Shown here one piece after another: positions 48,201-61,520 of a stretch of DNA of 64,000 nt. The stretch lies in NCBI GenBank assembly GCA_024679065.1, contig JAGIQG010000009.1, forward strand, positions 91,512,001 through 91,576,000, in the 5' to 3' direction. The position numbers and the translations under genes are program-made. The DNA comes from Sphyrna mokarran. Lineage: Eukaryota. Within the stretch, counting starts at the first letter, position 1; each line of letters begins with the position of its first letter. The notes beneath the pieces were generated by a model. The model ran no database searches. It was not told the DNA's origin and worked only from the letters and a program-made list of their open reading frames with translations.

Positions 48201-51200
48201 GGATCCGGTGTCAGAAGAGGATGAACAACTTTCTTTGGGCAGGAAGGGTCAGTGTCCATCCCATCCTGATATCGGTCCCGTCTGTCGCCCCTGCAATGTC
48301 GAGCCACCCGCCTGACACTCTGCAGCCTCCCAGCACCCGGCCTCCAACGATATTCCTCCAACCCCTCTGGCACCCCCACTCACAACCACAGACTGCCGAG
48401 GCACAGCCCCGATAAACCCACCCTATCACCTCACCCCCTACACCCTGTATCCTTCCAGCCATCAGATTTTCAATCCCTCCTTTATCCCCAAAGGATAAAG
48501 TGACCCATAACCACCAGGATCATGTCAAGACTGCAGGTGGGGTTGCCGAGCTGCATCTCCTCACTATCTTTGAGGAGCGCTATGGGGCTAGCAGGGAAGG
48601 GTGAGAAGGGAACGGTCACTGACAGCCAGGTCAGGGTTCACCATGGGAATGAGCATTTCCAAAACCCTCATTCAAATGTCTCATTCCAGCTAAGTGTCAT
48701 ACTGCCCAGACACTTGTCCCTTATTATTCCACTCGAATACAAGGAAAGTAGAAAGAAACTTAAGCAAGGAGTTAGAAGGGCTAACAGGGGCCACAAAAAG
48801 ACACTGGCCAGTTGGGTTAAGGAAAATCCCAAGGATTTTTATACATAAGTAAAGAGCAAAAGGGAAACCATGGAAAGGTTGGTCCACTCAAGGAGAAGGG
48901 AGGGAATGTATGTGTGGATCCAGAGGAAGTGGGCAAGGTATTAAATGAATACTTTGCATCAGTATTCACCAAAGAGAAGGATTTGGTGGATGTGATGAGT
49001 CTGGGAAAGGATGGGTAGATAGTTTGAGTCACGTTGCGATCAAAAAGGAGAAGATATTGGGGTTCTTGAGAAACATTAAGGTAGACAAGTCCCCAGGGTC
49101 TGATGGGATATACCCCAGAAGACTGAGAGAGGCAAGGGAGGAAATTGCTGGGGCCTTGAGAGAAATCTTTGTATCTTCACTGACTATAGGGGAGGTCCCA
49201 AAGGATTGGAAAATTGCCAATGTTGTTCCTTTGTTTAAGAAGGGTAAACAAATCCAGGTTATTACAGGCTGGATCATCAGTGGCAGGGAAATTATTGGAG
49301 AGGATTCTTTGAGACAGATTTACACCCACTTGGAAATAAATGAACATATTAGTGAGAGGCAACATGGTTTTGTGAAGGGGAAGTCATGTCTTACAAACTT
49401 GCTCAAGTTTTTTGAAGAAGTGACAAAGATGATTAATGAGGGTAGGGCAGTGGATGTTGTCTACATGGACTTCAGTAAGGCCCTTGACAACGTTCCTCAT
49501 GGCAGACTGGTGCAGAAGGTGAAGTGAAGTCGCATGGGATCAGGGATGAGCTGGCAAGGTGGATACAAAACTGGTTTGGTCAAAAAAGAAGATAGTAGCA
49601 GTGGAAGGATGTGTTTCTGAATGGAGAGTTGTAACTAGTGCTGTTCCTCAGGGATCAGTGCTGGGATCTTTGCTGTTTGTAATACTTATAAATGATTTAG
49701 AGGAAAACATAACTGGGTTGATTAGTAAGTTTGGAGATGACACAAAGGTTGGTGGTTTTGCAGATAGCAAGGAGGAACATCAGAGGATACAGCAGGATAT
49801 AGATCAGTTGGAGACTTGTGCGGAGGGGAGGCAGATGGAGTTTAATCCGGACAAATGTGAGATAATACATTTTGGAAGGTCTCACACAGATAGGAAATAT
49901 ACAATAAATGGCAGAACCCTTAGGAGCATTGATAGGCAAGGGGATCTGAGTGTACAGGTACACAGGTCACTGAAAGTGGCAATGCAGGTGGAGAAAGTAG
50001 TCAAGAAGGCATATGGCATGCCTGCCTTCATTGGCCAGGGTATTGAATGTAAAAGTTGGCAAGCCATGTTGACTCTTTATAGAAGCTTAGTCAGGCCACA
50101 CTCAATGTTCAATTCTGCTCACCACACTACCAGTAGTATGTGGAAGCTTTGGAGAGGGTACAAAAAAGATTTACCAGGATGTTGCCAGCTATGGAGGGCA
50201 TTAGCTATGAGGAGAGATCGAGAAACTTGGTTTGTTCTCACTGGAACGACAGAGTTGAGGGGAGACCTGATAGAAATCTGCAACATTGAGAGGTTTTGGA
50301 CAGAGTGGATAGACAGAAGCTTTTTCCCAGGACGGAAGAGTCAATTACCAGGGGGCACGGATTTAATACGCAGGGGACAAGGTTTAAAGGAGATGTAGGA
50401 GGCAGATTTTTTTTTCCCATACAGAGAGTAGTGGGTGCCTGGAACACGTTGCCGGGGGAGGTAGTGGAAGCAGAGACAGTACTGAGTTTAAAGGGGCGTC
50501 TTGACAAATACATGAAAAAGATGGAAATAGAGGGATATGGTCCCCGGAAGGATCGGGGGTTTTAGTTCAGTCGGGCAGAATGATCAGTGCAGGTTTGGAG
50601 AGGCGAAGGGCCTGTTCCTGTGGTGTAATTTTCTTTGTTCTTTGTTCTCTTGCACTGAACCTTGTGTTATCTGTTACAGGAAATGATCCAGATGCATTAA
50701 ACCCTCCCACTCCGCTCCTCCTAAGATGCACAATGGCAGCTGGAAGAAAACCTCGGAGGAAGGCCCCGAGGAAATCGTCAAGCTCAGCATTTGTCAATTG
50801 ACACCAGCTTCCACCACACAATCCACCAGCGCAGATACGATCAGCTCAGTGGGACAAGTTAGTGCTGAGGCTTCTGGGTCAATTACTGGTGGGGTCACAC
50901 AGCCTTTAATCTACATCGGGTGAAGGTGGGAATGTCGACGGTTCGGGCACACGGAGTTCTTCCAGAGCTAAGGATGCATCTGGCCCCAAGCCAAGTGCTA
51001 GGCCTCTGGGATCGGTCATCCCAAAACTGCTGGAGCTCCATCAGCAGCAACGGTGGAGGGACTGTCAGCAACACTGCATCAACTGTGAGGCTTTTGGAGG
51101 AATCTAACAGATTTCTGTCACAGGAGGTGGTACCGGTACAGTGTGGTACTCAGACTAACACTGCAAGGGTCGCATCCACAGTGGAAAGCCTGGGGTAAGG

Positions 51201-54200
51201 ATTGGTCACCATGGTTGACAGGGTGCAGACCATCCTGGAGACACAGCCATGGCTGCGAGCCTCAAACTTGATCCAGTCTCAGGGGGCATCGCTGAGGGCT
51301 TGTACACCATGGGGCAGATGTAGTTGGGAATTCCAGGACTGACAGAGCCAGGTGATGCTGAGGCTTTTGACTCCAGCTGGCCCACCGTCCCATGGAGTAT
51401 TCCCTGACACACTGAGAGAGGAGGGAGGTTTGAAGGACCTGGTGATGTAGAAGTTCAGGATACCTCAAGGGTCCTCCTGTGCCTCGAGGTGCCAGGTCTG
51501 AGGAGCTGAAACAGGTGCCACACTGTCTCCTTACTGAGACGGAGCCTGCAGCATCATGTGGCTTCCACCATCCCTGCAAAGCATCTACAAGTCACGTACA
51601 CCCTGAGCCTCCACCTCCTCCTTCCCCTGCCCCCCTCCCCCGTGGCAGGATGTACTGCCATGTCCTGACCCTGACCGGCAGCCCCCTGCCCACCTGCTGT
51701 GGCTTCTGGCTCTGTTTGGCCTTGAGTGGTCGGACATCTCCCTCCTCCTCCCTCCTCAGTGACCGCTACAATGATGGCCATTTCTATCACTGCCAATCCA
51801 AAATCCATGTCTGCATGGCGCGGGGAGGGGGAAAGAGATGGCGGGGTCAAGCTGTATATTGACAGTGAGGTAGAAATATTTAGTACAGTTACCCATCCCA
51901 GGCCCCCCCACCCCCTCCTAGTAACCGGCATCCCCATGAGTCTGGGCACTGGCAACTCAACACAGTGCCATGCGTCATCTAAATGGGTTGTCTACTGTTG
52001 ATGTCCTGGCCACGGCACGCAGGGAGGGCATAGGAGTGGGTTTGCCAGGCTACCCATTGCGTTCCCTTGAAGCTTGGGTATGGGTGCTATCACCGCAGTA
52101 CCTTCCAGGTACATGTTTCATTTCAGACAGTCGGGACAGGGGCAGCCTCGTGACTATCACAGGATGGGTTCCCATCGCAGGCAGCAGTGCAGAGTCCAGG
52201 CAGTGTGAAGAACCATGTTAACAACTGCACAGCTCCTGTGCTTGGAGCAGCAGCTGACAGAGCTGCTGTCTGTTACTGGGCCCTGGGATACAAGGTCTGG
52301 AGTCAGCCGCAGTGCCTGTCCAGCAGACAGACAGCAAAACAAACAGGTCAGTATTTGTGCGTTGGTGATGAACATCATGTGGCACCTTTCGGGGGTCTCT
52401 GTGTAGCCAGGGGAAATGTGTGCACCATGAACCTGCTGCAAGTGGTGACTCCCAGCACTGGTCCCCCTGGGGGAGGAGGTGGTGAAGTGGCCCTGTCGCT
52501 GGACTAATCCAGATACCCAGGGGAATACTCTGGATATCTGGATTCAAATCCCACCACGGCAATGGTGAAATTTGAATTCAATAGAATTAAAAATCTAATG
52601 GTGACCAGAAACTGTTATCTATTGTCACAAATACCCACCTTGTTCTCTAATGTCCTTTAGGGAAGAAAATCTGCCATCCTTACCTGGTCTGGTCTACACG
52701 TGACTCCAGACCCACAGCAATGTGGTTGAGTCTTAAATGCTCTCAGGAATGGGTAATAAATGCTGGCCCAGCCAGTGACATCCACATCTCAGGAACAAAT
52801 AAAAAATCCCCCACCCCACCCCAACAACATTGCAGCCCCTGAGTATCCGGTGCCCCCTTTCCCCTGAACTCCGGGGGGCTGCCGCTCAATGGGACTTTCC
52901 TCCTCACTCTCCTTCGCTATTGCTGCCCCAGGCCCAGACTTTTATAAACTATCTGTGATTCATGCTGGAGTGACGTCACGCTGGAGAGGAGGGAAAGGTA
53001 CGGGAGGGGGAAAAGGGCCGTGCCAAACTCTAATGATATGTAAACCTAATCAAATGCATGGAAATTGACAAGCCACCGGAAAAAAATGGCCTGGAGAATC
53101 CCGAACCACCTGACACCAGGTACAAATTCAATTGTTCAGCTCACGGCCTATTTCCCTGCCTCGCTACACCAACCAACCAATGCAGCAAGGTGCAAAGATC
53201 ACAGAACTAAGGACCCAGGTTCAATTCCTGGCTTGGGTCGCGGTTTGTTTGGAATTTGCAAGTTCTACCCGTGTGTGCGTGGATTTCCGCCAGGTGCTCC
53301 AGTTTCCTCCCACAGTCCAAATTATGTGGATTTGTGAATGGCCAAGGTAAATTGCCCCTTAGTATCATGAGTACTAGCCAGGGTAAATACATGGGGTTGT
53401 GGGGATAAAGCTTGGATAGGATTATAGTTAGTGCTGACTCGATGGGCCGAAAGGCCTCCTTCTGCACTGTAAGGATTCTATGATCCTATGAGGGAGATGC
53501 ACAAGATGTAGAGATGCCGATGTTGGATTGGGGTAAATTCAGTAAGAGTCTGGCAACACCAATTTTAAATCCAACCAATTTATTTGAGAGTAAATCTGCT
53601 AGCTTTCGGCCTTGGTAGCCTTCGTCAAGTGAATGAGGTGTTCTGGTCTCCAAAAGCACACATATCAGCACAGACTGTTTACAGATTGCTGATGTAAGGA
53701 TTCGCATTCTAATCAGCAATCTGTAAACTGTCTGTGCTGATATGTGTGCTTTTGGAGACCAGAACACCTCATTCACCTGACGAAGGCTACAAAGGCCGAA
53801 AGCTCGCAGATTTACCATCAAATAAATCGGTTGGATTTAAAATTGGTGTTGCCACTCTCTTATGGAGATGGACAATCCAGAGCAGGACCCCCACTGACCT
53901 TCACAGAGCTTTTTAATTCCCCTTTATACATGCTCACAAGTATACACTCAGTTTGGAAAAGTCTAGGAATCACCAGGCAGGAATATTCCGATTTAAATTT
54001 CACTCCCAGCTGTGGCTGCCTGGGAACACTCTCACCTCTGACTCAGTATGTTCTGGATTGAAGCTCCCATTCCAGAGACTGGGCTGCACACACAGTGTAT
54101 TACTGACAGAATGCTGCACTGTCAGAGGATCAGTCCTGAGGGAGAACTTTCCTCACAGATTAATGGAATGGATCCCGGGACAGAGCAGGATGATCAGAAA

Positions 54201-57200
54201 CTGGATCAATACTGATCCCTGAGACAACATCATCCATGTAGATTGTCTAATCAGAGTTTCCTGCACCATAACAGTGAGGACACTAGAAAAGGTATTTCAT
54301 TGGCTGGAAAGAGCTTTGGTGCATCCTGGTGTTGTGAAGTCTTTCTGTATCTGCTTTCTCTCTCACACCTTTTGTCAAAATACATTGGTAACTTTGGAAT
54401 CTAACATCACTGCTCCCAAATCAAAGTATGGATTTTAATTTGTTAAGAACATAAGAACCAGGAGCAGGAGTCGGCCATCTGGACCCTCAACCCTGCTCCT
54501 CCATTCAATAAGATCATGGCCGATCTTCTTATGGACTCAGCTCCATTTACCTGCCCGCTCACTGTAACTCTTAATTCCTTTACTATTCAAAAATGTATCT
54601 ATCCTTGCCTTAAAAACATTCCTTACTTGCCTTAAAAATAAATAAAACAAACTTGCCTTAAAAATAAAATAAAAAGATAGCCTCAATTGCTTCACTGGGC
54701 AGGGAATTCCACAGATATACAATCCTTTGTATGAAGAAGTTTCTACTCAACTCATTTCTAAATCTGCTTCTCCTTATTTTGAGGCTATGCCTCCTAGTTC
54801 TAGTTTCACCTGCCAGTGGAAACAACTTCCCTGCTTCTATCTTATCTATTCCCTTCATAATCTTAGATGTTACTATAAGGTCTCTGTTAGCCAATCCCCT
54901 ATCCACGCTAATACCTGTAACACTGTGCACCTTTATCTATGTGGCAGTCTTTGGTGCGGCACCTTGTCAAATATCTTCTTGAAATACAGATACATCACAT
55001 CCACAGGTTCCCCTTTGTACACTGCACATGTAATGTTCTCAAAGAATTCCACCAAATTAGTCAAACATGACCTTCATGAACAAATGCTACGTCTTATCAA
55101 TGGGACAATTTATATCCAGATGTCTCACTATTTCTTCCTTGATGATAGAGATTCAAGCATTTTTCGTACTACAGAAGTTAAGTTTACCGACCTATAGTTA
55201 CCTGCCTTTTGTCTACCTCCTTTTTGAACAGTGGTGTCACATTTGCTGTTTTCCAATCTCCAGGAACAATCCCAGAATCCAGGGAATTTTGGTTAATTAG
55301 AACGAGTTCACTTGCTATTTCTCCCGCCATCTCTTCTAGTTTCCTGGGATGCATTCCATCAGGACCAGGAAACCTGTCTATCTTTAGCCCCATTAACTTG
55401 CCCAACACTACCTCTTTTGTGATAATGATAGTTTCTGGGTTCTCACCTGCCATAGCCTTCCTGTCATCAATTTTTGGCATGTTATTTGTGTTTTCCACTG
55501 TGAAGACCCACACAAAATACCTGCTCAATGCCTCAGCTATTTTCTCATTTCCAGTTATTACATATCCCTTCTTGTCCTCTAAAGAACTCATGTTACTTTC
55601 GCCACTCATTTTTGTATTTATATTTGTAGGAATGTTTACTCTCTGTTTTTAATATTCTGAGCTAGTTTACTCTCATTATCCATCTTGCCTTTCTTTAGCT
55701 TTTCTCATGGCTTTCTGTTGACTTTTAAAGATTTCTCCATCCTTCAGTTTCTCACTAATCTTTGGCACTTTGTATGCATTTTCTTTCAATTTATTGTCTT
55801 AGATATCCATGGCTGATTATCTCTTTTTCTACAGTCCTTCCTTATCACTGGTGTATACTTTTGATCAGCACTGGGAAAGATCATTTTGAAAGTCCTCCAC
55901 TGTTCCTCAATTGTCCCAGTATAAAGGTTTTGCTCCCAGTCTACCTTAGCCACTCCTCCCTCATCCCTTTATTGTCTCCTTTGTTTAAGCACAAGACATT
56001 GGTGTTGGATTTTACCTTTTCACGCTCCATCTGTATTTTAAATTCAACCGTGCTGTGATCGCTTCTTCCAAGAGGATCCCTAACTGCGAGATCATTAATC
56101 ATTCCTGTCTCATTACCCAGGACCAGATCTAGGATAGCTTGCTCTCTTATCAGTTCCATTACATACTGTTCAAGGAAGCTATCGTGGATTCATTCTATGA
56201 ACTCCTCCTCAAGGCTGCCTTGACTGACCTGGTTTGACCAATTGATACTGAGATTAAAATCCCCCATGATAATTGCTGTACCATTTTTACATCCATCAGT
56301 TATTTCTTTGTTTCTTTCTCAGCCCACAATGATGTCATTATTTGCTGGTTTATAGACTACGCCAATCAGTGACTTTTTCTCCTTACTATTTCTAATTTCC
56401 ACCCAAATGGATTCAATCTTTTTGATGTAGAGATTCCGGTGTTGGACTGGGGTAAACTCAGTAAGAGGTCTGACAACACCAATTTTAAATCCAACCGATT
56501 TATTTGATAGTAAACTTGCGAGCTTTCGGCCTTTGTGATTTCGTCAGGCAAATGAGGTGTTCTGGTCTCCAAAAGCACACGTATCAGCACAGTCAGTTTA
56601 CAGATTTCTGATTACAATGCGAATCCTTACACCTAACCTGCTATACAAGTCTTAAAGTGGCTAACAATGTGAGTGGAAGGAACACTGAGCACAGGTTAGA
56701 GAAATGTGTATTGTCTCCAGACAGCACAGTAAGTGAGGTTTTTTGCTAACCCAGGCAAGTCATGTGGGTTACAGATAGTGTGACATGAAGCCAAGATCCC
56801 TGTTAAGAACGTCCTCATGTGTGCCGAACTTGGCTATCAGTCGCTGCTCAGCGGCTCTGTGCTGTCGTGTGTCATGAAGGCCCCCTTGAAGAACGTTTAC
56901 CCAAAGGTTGGAGGCCAAATGCCCGTGACCGCTGAAGTGTTCGCCCACAGGAAGGGAACGCCACACCTTGGAAAGTAAAATGGGATACATATTCTCAACT
57001 TGCACTCAGGACACAGACCAGCTGCAAAACTTTGCCAAGCAGATAAGACAAAGAAACTACACCATTTACATGCACACCAAGAACAGGAAAGCTGAAAAAC
57101 TCGAGCAAACACACCCTCTTGGACATCAGTCCCAGTCCTGCCCAGATGTAACCTGTCCAATTTATACAGGTCCCACCTCCCCCAGAACCGGTCCCATTGC

Positions 57201-59253
57201 CCTAGGAATCTGAAACCCTTTCCCTGACACCATCTCTTCAACCATGTATTTATCCAATATCTCCTCTCATTTCTAATCTGACTAACACATGGCCCCGCTA
57301 ATAATCCTGAAATCACTACCTTTAAGATCCGATTTCTTAACTTTCTTCCTAGCTCCCTGTATCATGCTTTTAGGACCTCATCCCTTTTTTTAACCTATGT
57401 CGCTTGTACCAACATGTGCTACAATCTCTGGTTGATCATCTTTCCCCTTCACAATGTCCTGCAGCCGCTCCAAGACATCCTCGACCCTAACACCACGGAG
57501 GCAACATATCGTCCTGGAGTGTCATTTGCATCCAAAGAAATGCCTGTCTATTGCCCATACAATTGAATCCCCTATAACTATTGCACTGGCACACTTTTTA
57601 CTCCTCCCCTCTGCAACAGAACCAACCTTGGTGCAACGAGTTTAGCTGCTGCTGCTTTCCCTAGAGAGATCATTCCCCTCAACAGTATCCAAAGTGATAT
57701 ACCGATTTTACAGGAGAATGGTCACTGGAGATTCCTGCACTACCTGCCTATCTCTCTTGCTCTGTCTGGTGGTCACCAATTCTTTTCCTGCCTGTGGAGT
57801 CTGAGCCTGCAGTGTGACCAACTCTCTATACCTGTTATCCACAATGCTCTCTGACTCGTGGGTGCTTCACAGTGTTTCCATCCGCCGCTCCAGTTCTGAA
57901 ACTCGAGCTTCCAGGACCTGTAGCTGGAGACATTTCCCTACATATACTGACTCAGGAGACTGGAACTGTCCCCAGTCTGCCACATGGAGCAAAAGGAACT
58001 AACCACTGCTTGGAGCTCTCCTATCATGTCTTACCCCTTTCAATTAAACTTTTGAAAGATCTTTTGTTTCAGATATATACAATTTTCTTTCTTTCCTGCT
58101 CCTTGTTACTACCGAGTATAATCCTTTCAAACCACAAACCACAGAAATTAACAGAAACACTATAATAGTGTACACCAACTACAATGTCAAGAGCAAAAAG
58201 AAAAAATATTTCCCAATCAGCACTCCCGCTTGTAGCCTCTGCTGCCTGTTTCACCTAACTCCCTGTGTCCATCCAGCTCCCAAAGCACTCCTCACAGTCA
58301 GACAGCACACTGTGCAGGAAAAATATGATGTGAAGATGCCGGCGCTCGACTGGGTTAAACACAGTAAGAAGTCTCACAAAACCAGGTTAAAGTCTAACAG
58401 ATTTATTTGATAGTAAACGTCACTAGCTTTTGGAAAGTTGTTCCTTCAGTGATTGCAGAATTCTGAGTGGAGAATTCTCCATTCATCTGACAAAAGAATA
58501 GTGTTCAGAAAGCTTGTGGCGTTTATTATCAAATAAACCTGTGGGACTTTAACCTTGTGTTGTGAGACTTCTTACAGGAAAAATGTAACAGTGAGCCAGC
58601 CAGAAGCTGGACCTGGAATCTTCTGATCTTGTTTTCTGCTGCTAATATTTTATCTTTTCCTCTTTGGCACTACAAAGTACTTGGTTACTAAATCTCCTGT
58701 GTTATCTACAGCTCTGCCTGTCAATCTTTAATGGTTCCATGTCTCACAGAGCCACTCATTTACTGTTAATATATTTCAGTAAACTTTTACCATTGGTCTT
58801 TATATTACCTACACATTTTCACAATGGCCTTTATCTCAATTTAATCTTTCTGTTCCTCCATCTTTCCCTCTGTTTCTGGACATTGCCACTTTAATTGCTC
58901 CAAGCTTCTCTGATCAGGGTGTTTTGAACATACAAACATGGATCAGGAGTAGGCCATTTGGCCCCTCCAGTCTGCTCTGTCATTCTGTGGCTGATGTGAT
59001 TGTGATCTGAACTCTACTTTCCTCTCAATCTCTCTGTACACTTTCACTCCCTTGTCAGTCATGATGTTATCTAACATTTATATCTGACAGATACATAATA
59101 ATGTCTGAGTGAACATCACCCATTTCAAACTCTCACCAAAAGATTCAAATTCACCCCAGAGACAGAGAGAGTGAGAATGGGAGAGTGAATTCTGTACTTA
59201 CTGGGAGAGATCCAGGAAAAACACAGGGAGATGGAGAAAAGGACCAACAACAT
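45225..59253 (-). CDS. Non-classical MHC class I heavy chain, gene B (7 coding exons, 342 aa)
   Basis: Exons 59202-59253, 47478-47738, 46703-46978, 46307-46585, 45834-45944, 45474-45505 and 45225-45242 have the same sizes and phases as gene A and give an open frame. Confidence 0.88.
45474..45505 (-). CDS. Gene B cytoplasmic exon (DSPSKTYTTAP)
   Basis: Same splice signals as 8565-8596. Confidence 0.7.
45834..45944 (-). CDS. Gene B transmembrane exon
   Basis: EIPGNSGGHSHLGIIIGSVISALAVIFGIIIWIRQRR. Confidence 0.9.
46307..46585 (-). CDS. Gene B alpha3 exon
   Basis: Ig C1 Cys pair, GFYP, HSSL, terminal W. Confidence 0.95.
46703..46978 (-). CDS. Gene B alpha2 exon
   Basis: GIHLLQWIRSIEV...FDGKDYISL...LHKYLEAG; 276 nt. 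Confidence 0.95.
47120..47433. repeat. 35-bp minisatellite, ~9 units (gene B intron 2)
   Basis: Same unit as 11230-16151. Confidence 0.95.
47478..47738 (-). CDS. Gene B alpha1 exon
   Basis: TNSFMVLYTVVSG...SEFWD...ITNQTSG; 261 nt. Confidence 0.93.
48735..50650 (+). mobile_element. CR1 LINE ORF2 fragment (paralog of 18020-19940)
   Basis: [26 protein letters not shown]. Confidence 0.9.
52885..52985 (-). promoter_or_regulatory. TATA/CRE/NF-kB motif cluster (probable transposase promoter)
   Basis: GGGACTTTCC 52891-52900; TTTATAAA 52941-52948; GTGACGTCAC 52970-52979. Confidence 0.45.
53190..53488 (+). mobile_element. V-SINE-like element
   Basis: GGTGCTCCAGTTTCCTCCCACAGTCCAAA core and CR1-like tail. 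Confidence 0.6.
53505..53854. mobile_element. Penelope pseudo-LTR inverted repeat
   Basis: Arms 53551-53693 and 53712-53854 are near-perfect reverse complements and match the ends of the GIY-YIG elements at 56424 and 60560. Confidence 0.8.
53771..53810 (+). ncRNA. Minimal hammerhead ribozyme motif (Penelope-associated)
   Basis: CTGACGA-aGGC-tacaaa-gGCC-GAAA-gCTC core. Confidence 0.6.
54445..58100 (-). mobile_element. Degenerate CR1 LINE (paralog of 24078-30300) with Penelope insertion
   Basis: FPGPDGMHPR, LDLVLGNE...SDH, ORF1 fragments. Confidence 0.82.
56424..57110 (-). mobile_element. Penelope-like retroelement fragment
   Basis: SLPVGEHFSGHGH...EQRLIAKFGTHEDVLNRD; hammerhead core on minus ~56518-56552; plus-strand segment ~56970-57110 may be an inverted 5' part. 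Confidence 0.75.
59202..59253 (-). CDS. Gene B proximal signal-peptide exon
   Basis: MLLVLFSISLCFSWISP + A|GTAAGT. Confidence 0.8.
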
Positions 59254-59570
59254 TCTGGGAATCCACTGTCCCAATTCCAATCAGTGACTGGGAATTAAAC
59301 ACTCTGAGGGTGAAACAACTTTATAAACTGGGGGAAAAACACGAAAAAACAAAAACTTTATCCAAACTCCATTTTCCTGTCTAAATTGCGCATTTCCTTC
59401 TTGTAGAACCAGAGGGTGACTGATTGGTTAATTTTCTGAGATGAACCAATGAAAGAGATAAACAGTCGGCCTGTCACTAGTCACCAGGAGGATCAAACTC
59501 ACTCAGGTTCAGGCTGATAAAAATCTAATCTTTATCCAGCATCTTTCACAAAGTGAAACCTCCCCAAGGA
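59254..59570 (-). promoter_or_regulatory. Gene B promoter (TATA, CCAAT, Y, X, ISRE)
   Basis: TTTATAAA 59320-59327; ATTGG 59423-59427; CCAAT 59446-59450; X-like 59471-59488; AAAGTGAAACC 59550-59560. Confidence 0.7.
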
Positions 59571-60337
59571 CAGCTTTATAAAACAAAGATTGACCCAGAG
59601 ACACACACAGCTCAGTGCATAAAAACTGTCTCCAAATTCCAGGGTTGAAGGAGGGTTTTAAAGAGAGGCTGCAGAGAGGTGTAGGGAGGGATTACAGAGT
59701 GAAGGACCGAGGTTACTGAAGGCACAGTCCCCAGTGTGGGGGAGATTCTAATCCCTGATACTGGAGATATCAGAATGAGAGGAACAGAGAGATCTCACCG
59801 AGTTTGTGAAACTGGAGGAGATTACAGAAATAGGAAGGGGCGAAGACATGGAGAGATTTAATTTTAAAATCGGGGGCAGAGGGAATGGTGCCTTTAATTC
59901 AAAGAGAATGGAATATAAAAGTAGGGAAGGCTTGCTAAAACTATAGAAGGCACCAGTTAGACCACATCTGGAAAACTGTCCCCTTTAGTCCCCTAATCTA
60001 AGAGAAAATATACTAGCATTGGAAGCAGTGCAGAGAAGATTCACTAGATTGAGCCCAGATGTGGAGGGATTTTCTTATGAGGAGAGGTTGAGTAGATTGG
60101 CCCTGTACTCATTGGAGTTTAGAAGAATGAGAGTGACCTCATTGAAATGTATAAGATTCCCAGAGGGTTTGACAGTGTAGATGCTGAGAGGATGTTTCCC
60201 CCTGTGGGAGAGTCTAGGACCAGAGAGTAGAATCTCAGAGTAAGGTGTCACCCATTTCAAACTCTCACCAAAAGATTCAAATTCACCCCAGGCAGACAGA
60301 GAGAGAGTGAGAATGTCAGAGTGAATTCTGTACTTAG

Positions 60338-60389
60338 CGGGAGACACCCAGGAAAAACACAGGGAGATGGAGAAAAGGATCAGCAACAT
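60338..60389 (-). pseudogene. Distal leader exon of unit 3 with destroyed splice donor
   Basis: Leader ORF intact but donor GTAAGT>CTAAGT (position 60337). Confidence 0.7.
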
Positions 60390-60559
60390 TCTGGGAATCC
60401 ACTGTCCCAATTCCAATCAGTGACTGGGAATTAAACATTCGAAGGAGGAAACTAATATTGTTTATTGTGATCGGAAAACATAAAAAAAATGTTGATAAGG
60501 GCTCCAGTTGCCTGTCTTCATTAAAATGTGATCAGTTCCCTGACGTTAAGCCACACAAT

Positions 60560-61520
60560 AAGAATTTAGTAACACCAATTTTAAATCGAACCGATTTATT
60601 TGATAGTAAAATTGCGAGCTTTCAACACTCTGTGTCTTCCTCAGGCAAATGCAGTGTTCTGGTCTGCAATAGCACACATCAGCACAGACAGTCAGAGATT
60701 GCTGATTAGAATGCGAATCCTTACATCTAACCTGCTATTCAAGTGTTAAAGTGGCTAACAATGTGTGTGAAGGGAATCCTGAGCATTGTTAGAGAATTGT
60801 GTATTTTCTCCAGACAGCACAGTAAGTGAGGTTTTTTGCTAACCCAGGCAAGTTACGGGGGTTACAGATAGTGTGTCATGAAGCCAAGATCCCTGTTAAG
60901 ACCGTCCTCATGTGTGCGGAGCTTGGCTATCAGTCTCTGCTCAGCGACTCTGCGCTGTCGTGTATCACGAAAGCCCCCTTGAAGAACATTTACCCGCAGG
61001 TCGGAGGCCGAATGCCCATGACTGCTGAAGTGTTCGCCCGCAGGAAGGGAACTGTTTTGCCTGGTGATTGTTGAGCGATGCTCATTCATCCGCTGTCGTA
61101 GTGTCTGCATGGTCTCCCCAATGTACCATGCTTCGGGACATCCTTTCTTGCAACGTATTAGGTAGACAACGTTGGCCGAGTTGCAAGAGTATGTACCGTG
61201 TACCTGGTGAATGGTATCCTCACGTTTGACGATGTCGTCCATGTCGATGATCTGGCATGTCTTGCAGAGGTTGCTGTGGCAGGGTTGTGTGGTATTGTGG
61301 TCACTGTTCTCCTGAAGGTTGGGTAGTTTGCTGCGAACAATGATCTGTTTGAGGTTGTGCGGTTGTCTGAAAGCAAGAAGTGGGGGGGTGGGGATGGCCC
61401 TAGCGAGATGTTCATCGTCATCAATGATATGTTGAAGACTCCGGAGAAGATGTCGTAGCTTCTCCACTCCGGGGAAGTACTGGACAACAAAGGGTACTCT
61501 GTCCACCGTGTCCCGTGTCT
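60560..61520 (-). mobile_element. Penelope-like retroelement with GIY-YIG endonuclease ORF (60862-61506)
   Basis: CHSNLCKTC...NVVYLIRC...WYIGET...RMNEHR...GLNRD; hammerhead core on minus ~60614-60648. Confidence 0.9.

Larger units (their letters stand above)
48110..53106. mobile_element. Paralogous degenerate Harbinger transposon in gene B intron 1
   Basis: Homologous to 17020-23565; KVTHNHQDHVKTAGGVAELHLLTIFEE (+) and transposase N-terminal fragments (-). Confidence 0.7.

Noticed and set aside
8314-59253. Calling the genes classical UAA or assigning a lineage symbol
   Set aside because: Peptide anchors and alpha2 cysteines are missing; lineage needs a phylogeny that cannot be run here.
60862-61506. 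GIY-YIG ORF as a cellular nuclease gene
   Set aside because: It is the 5'-truncated C-terminus of a Penelope ORF with a pLTR, absent from paralogous units.
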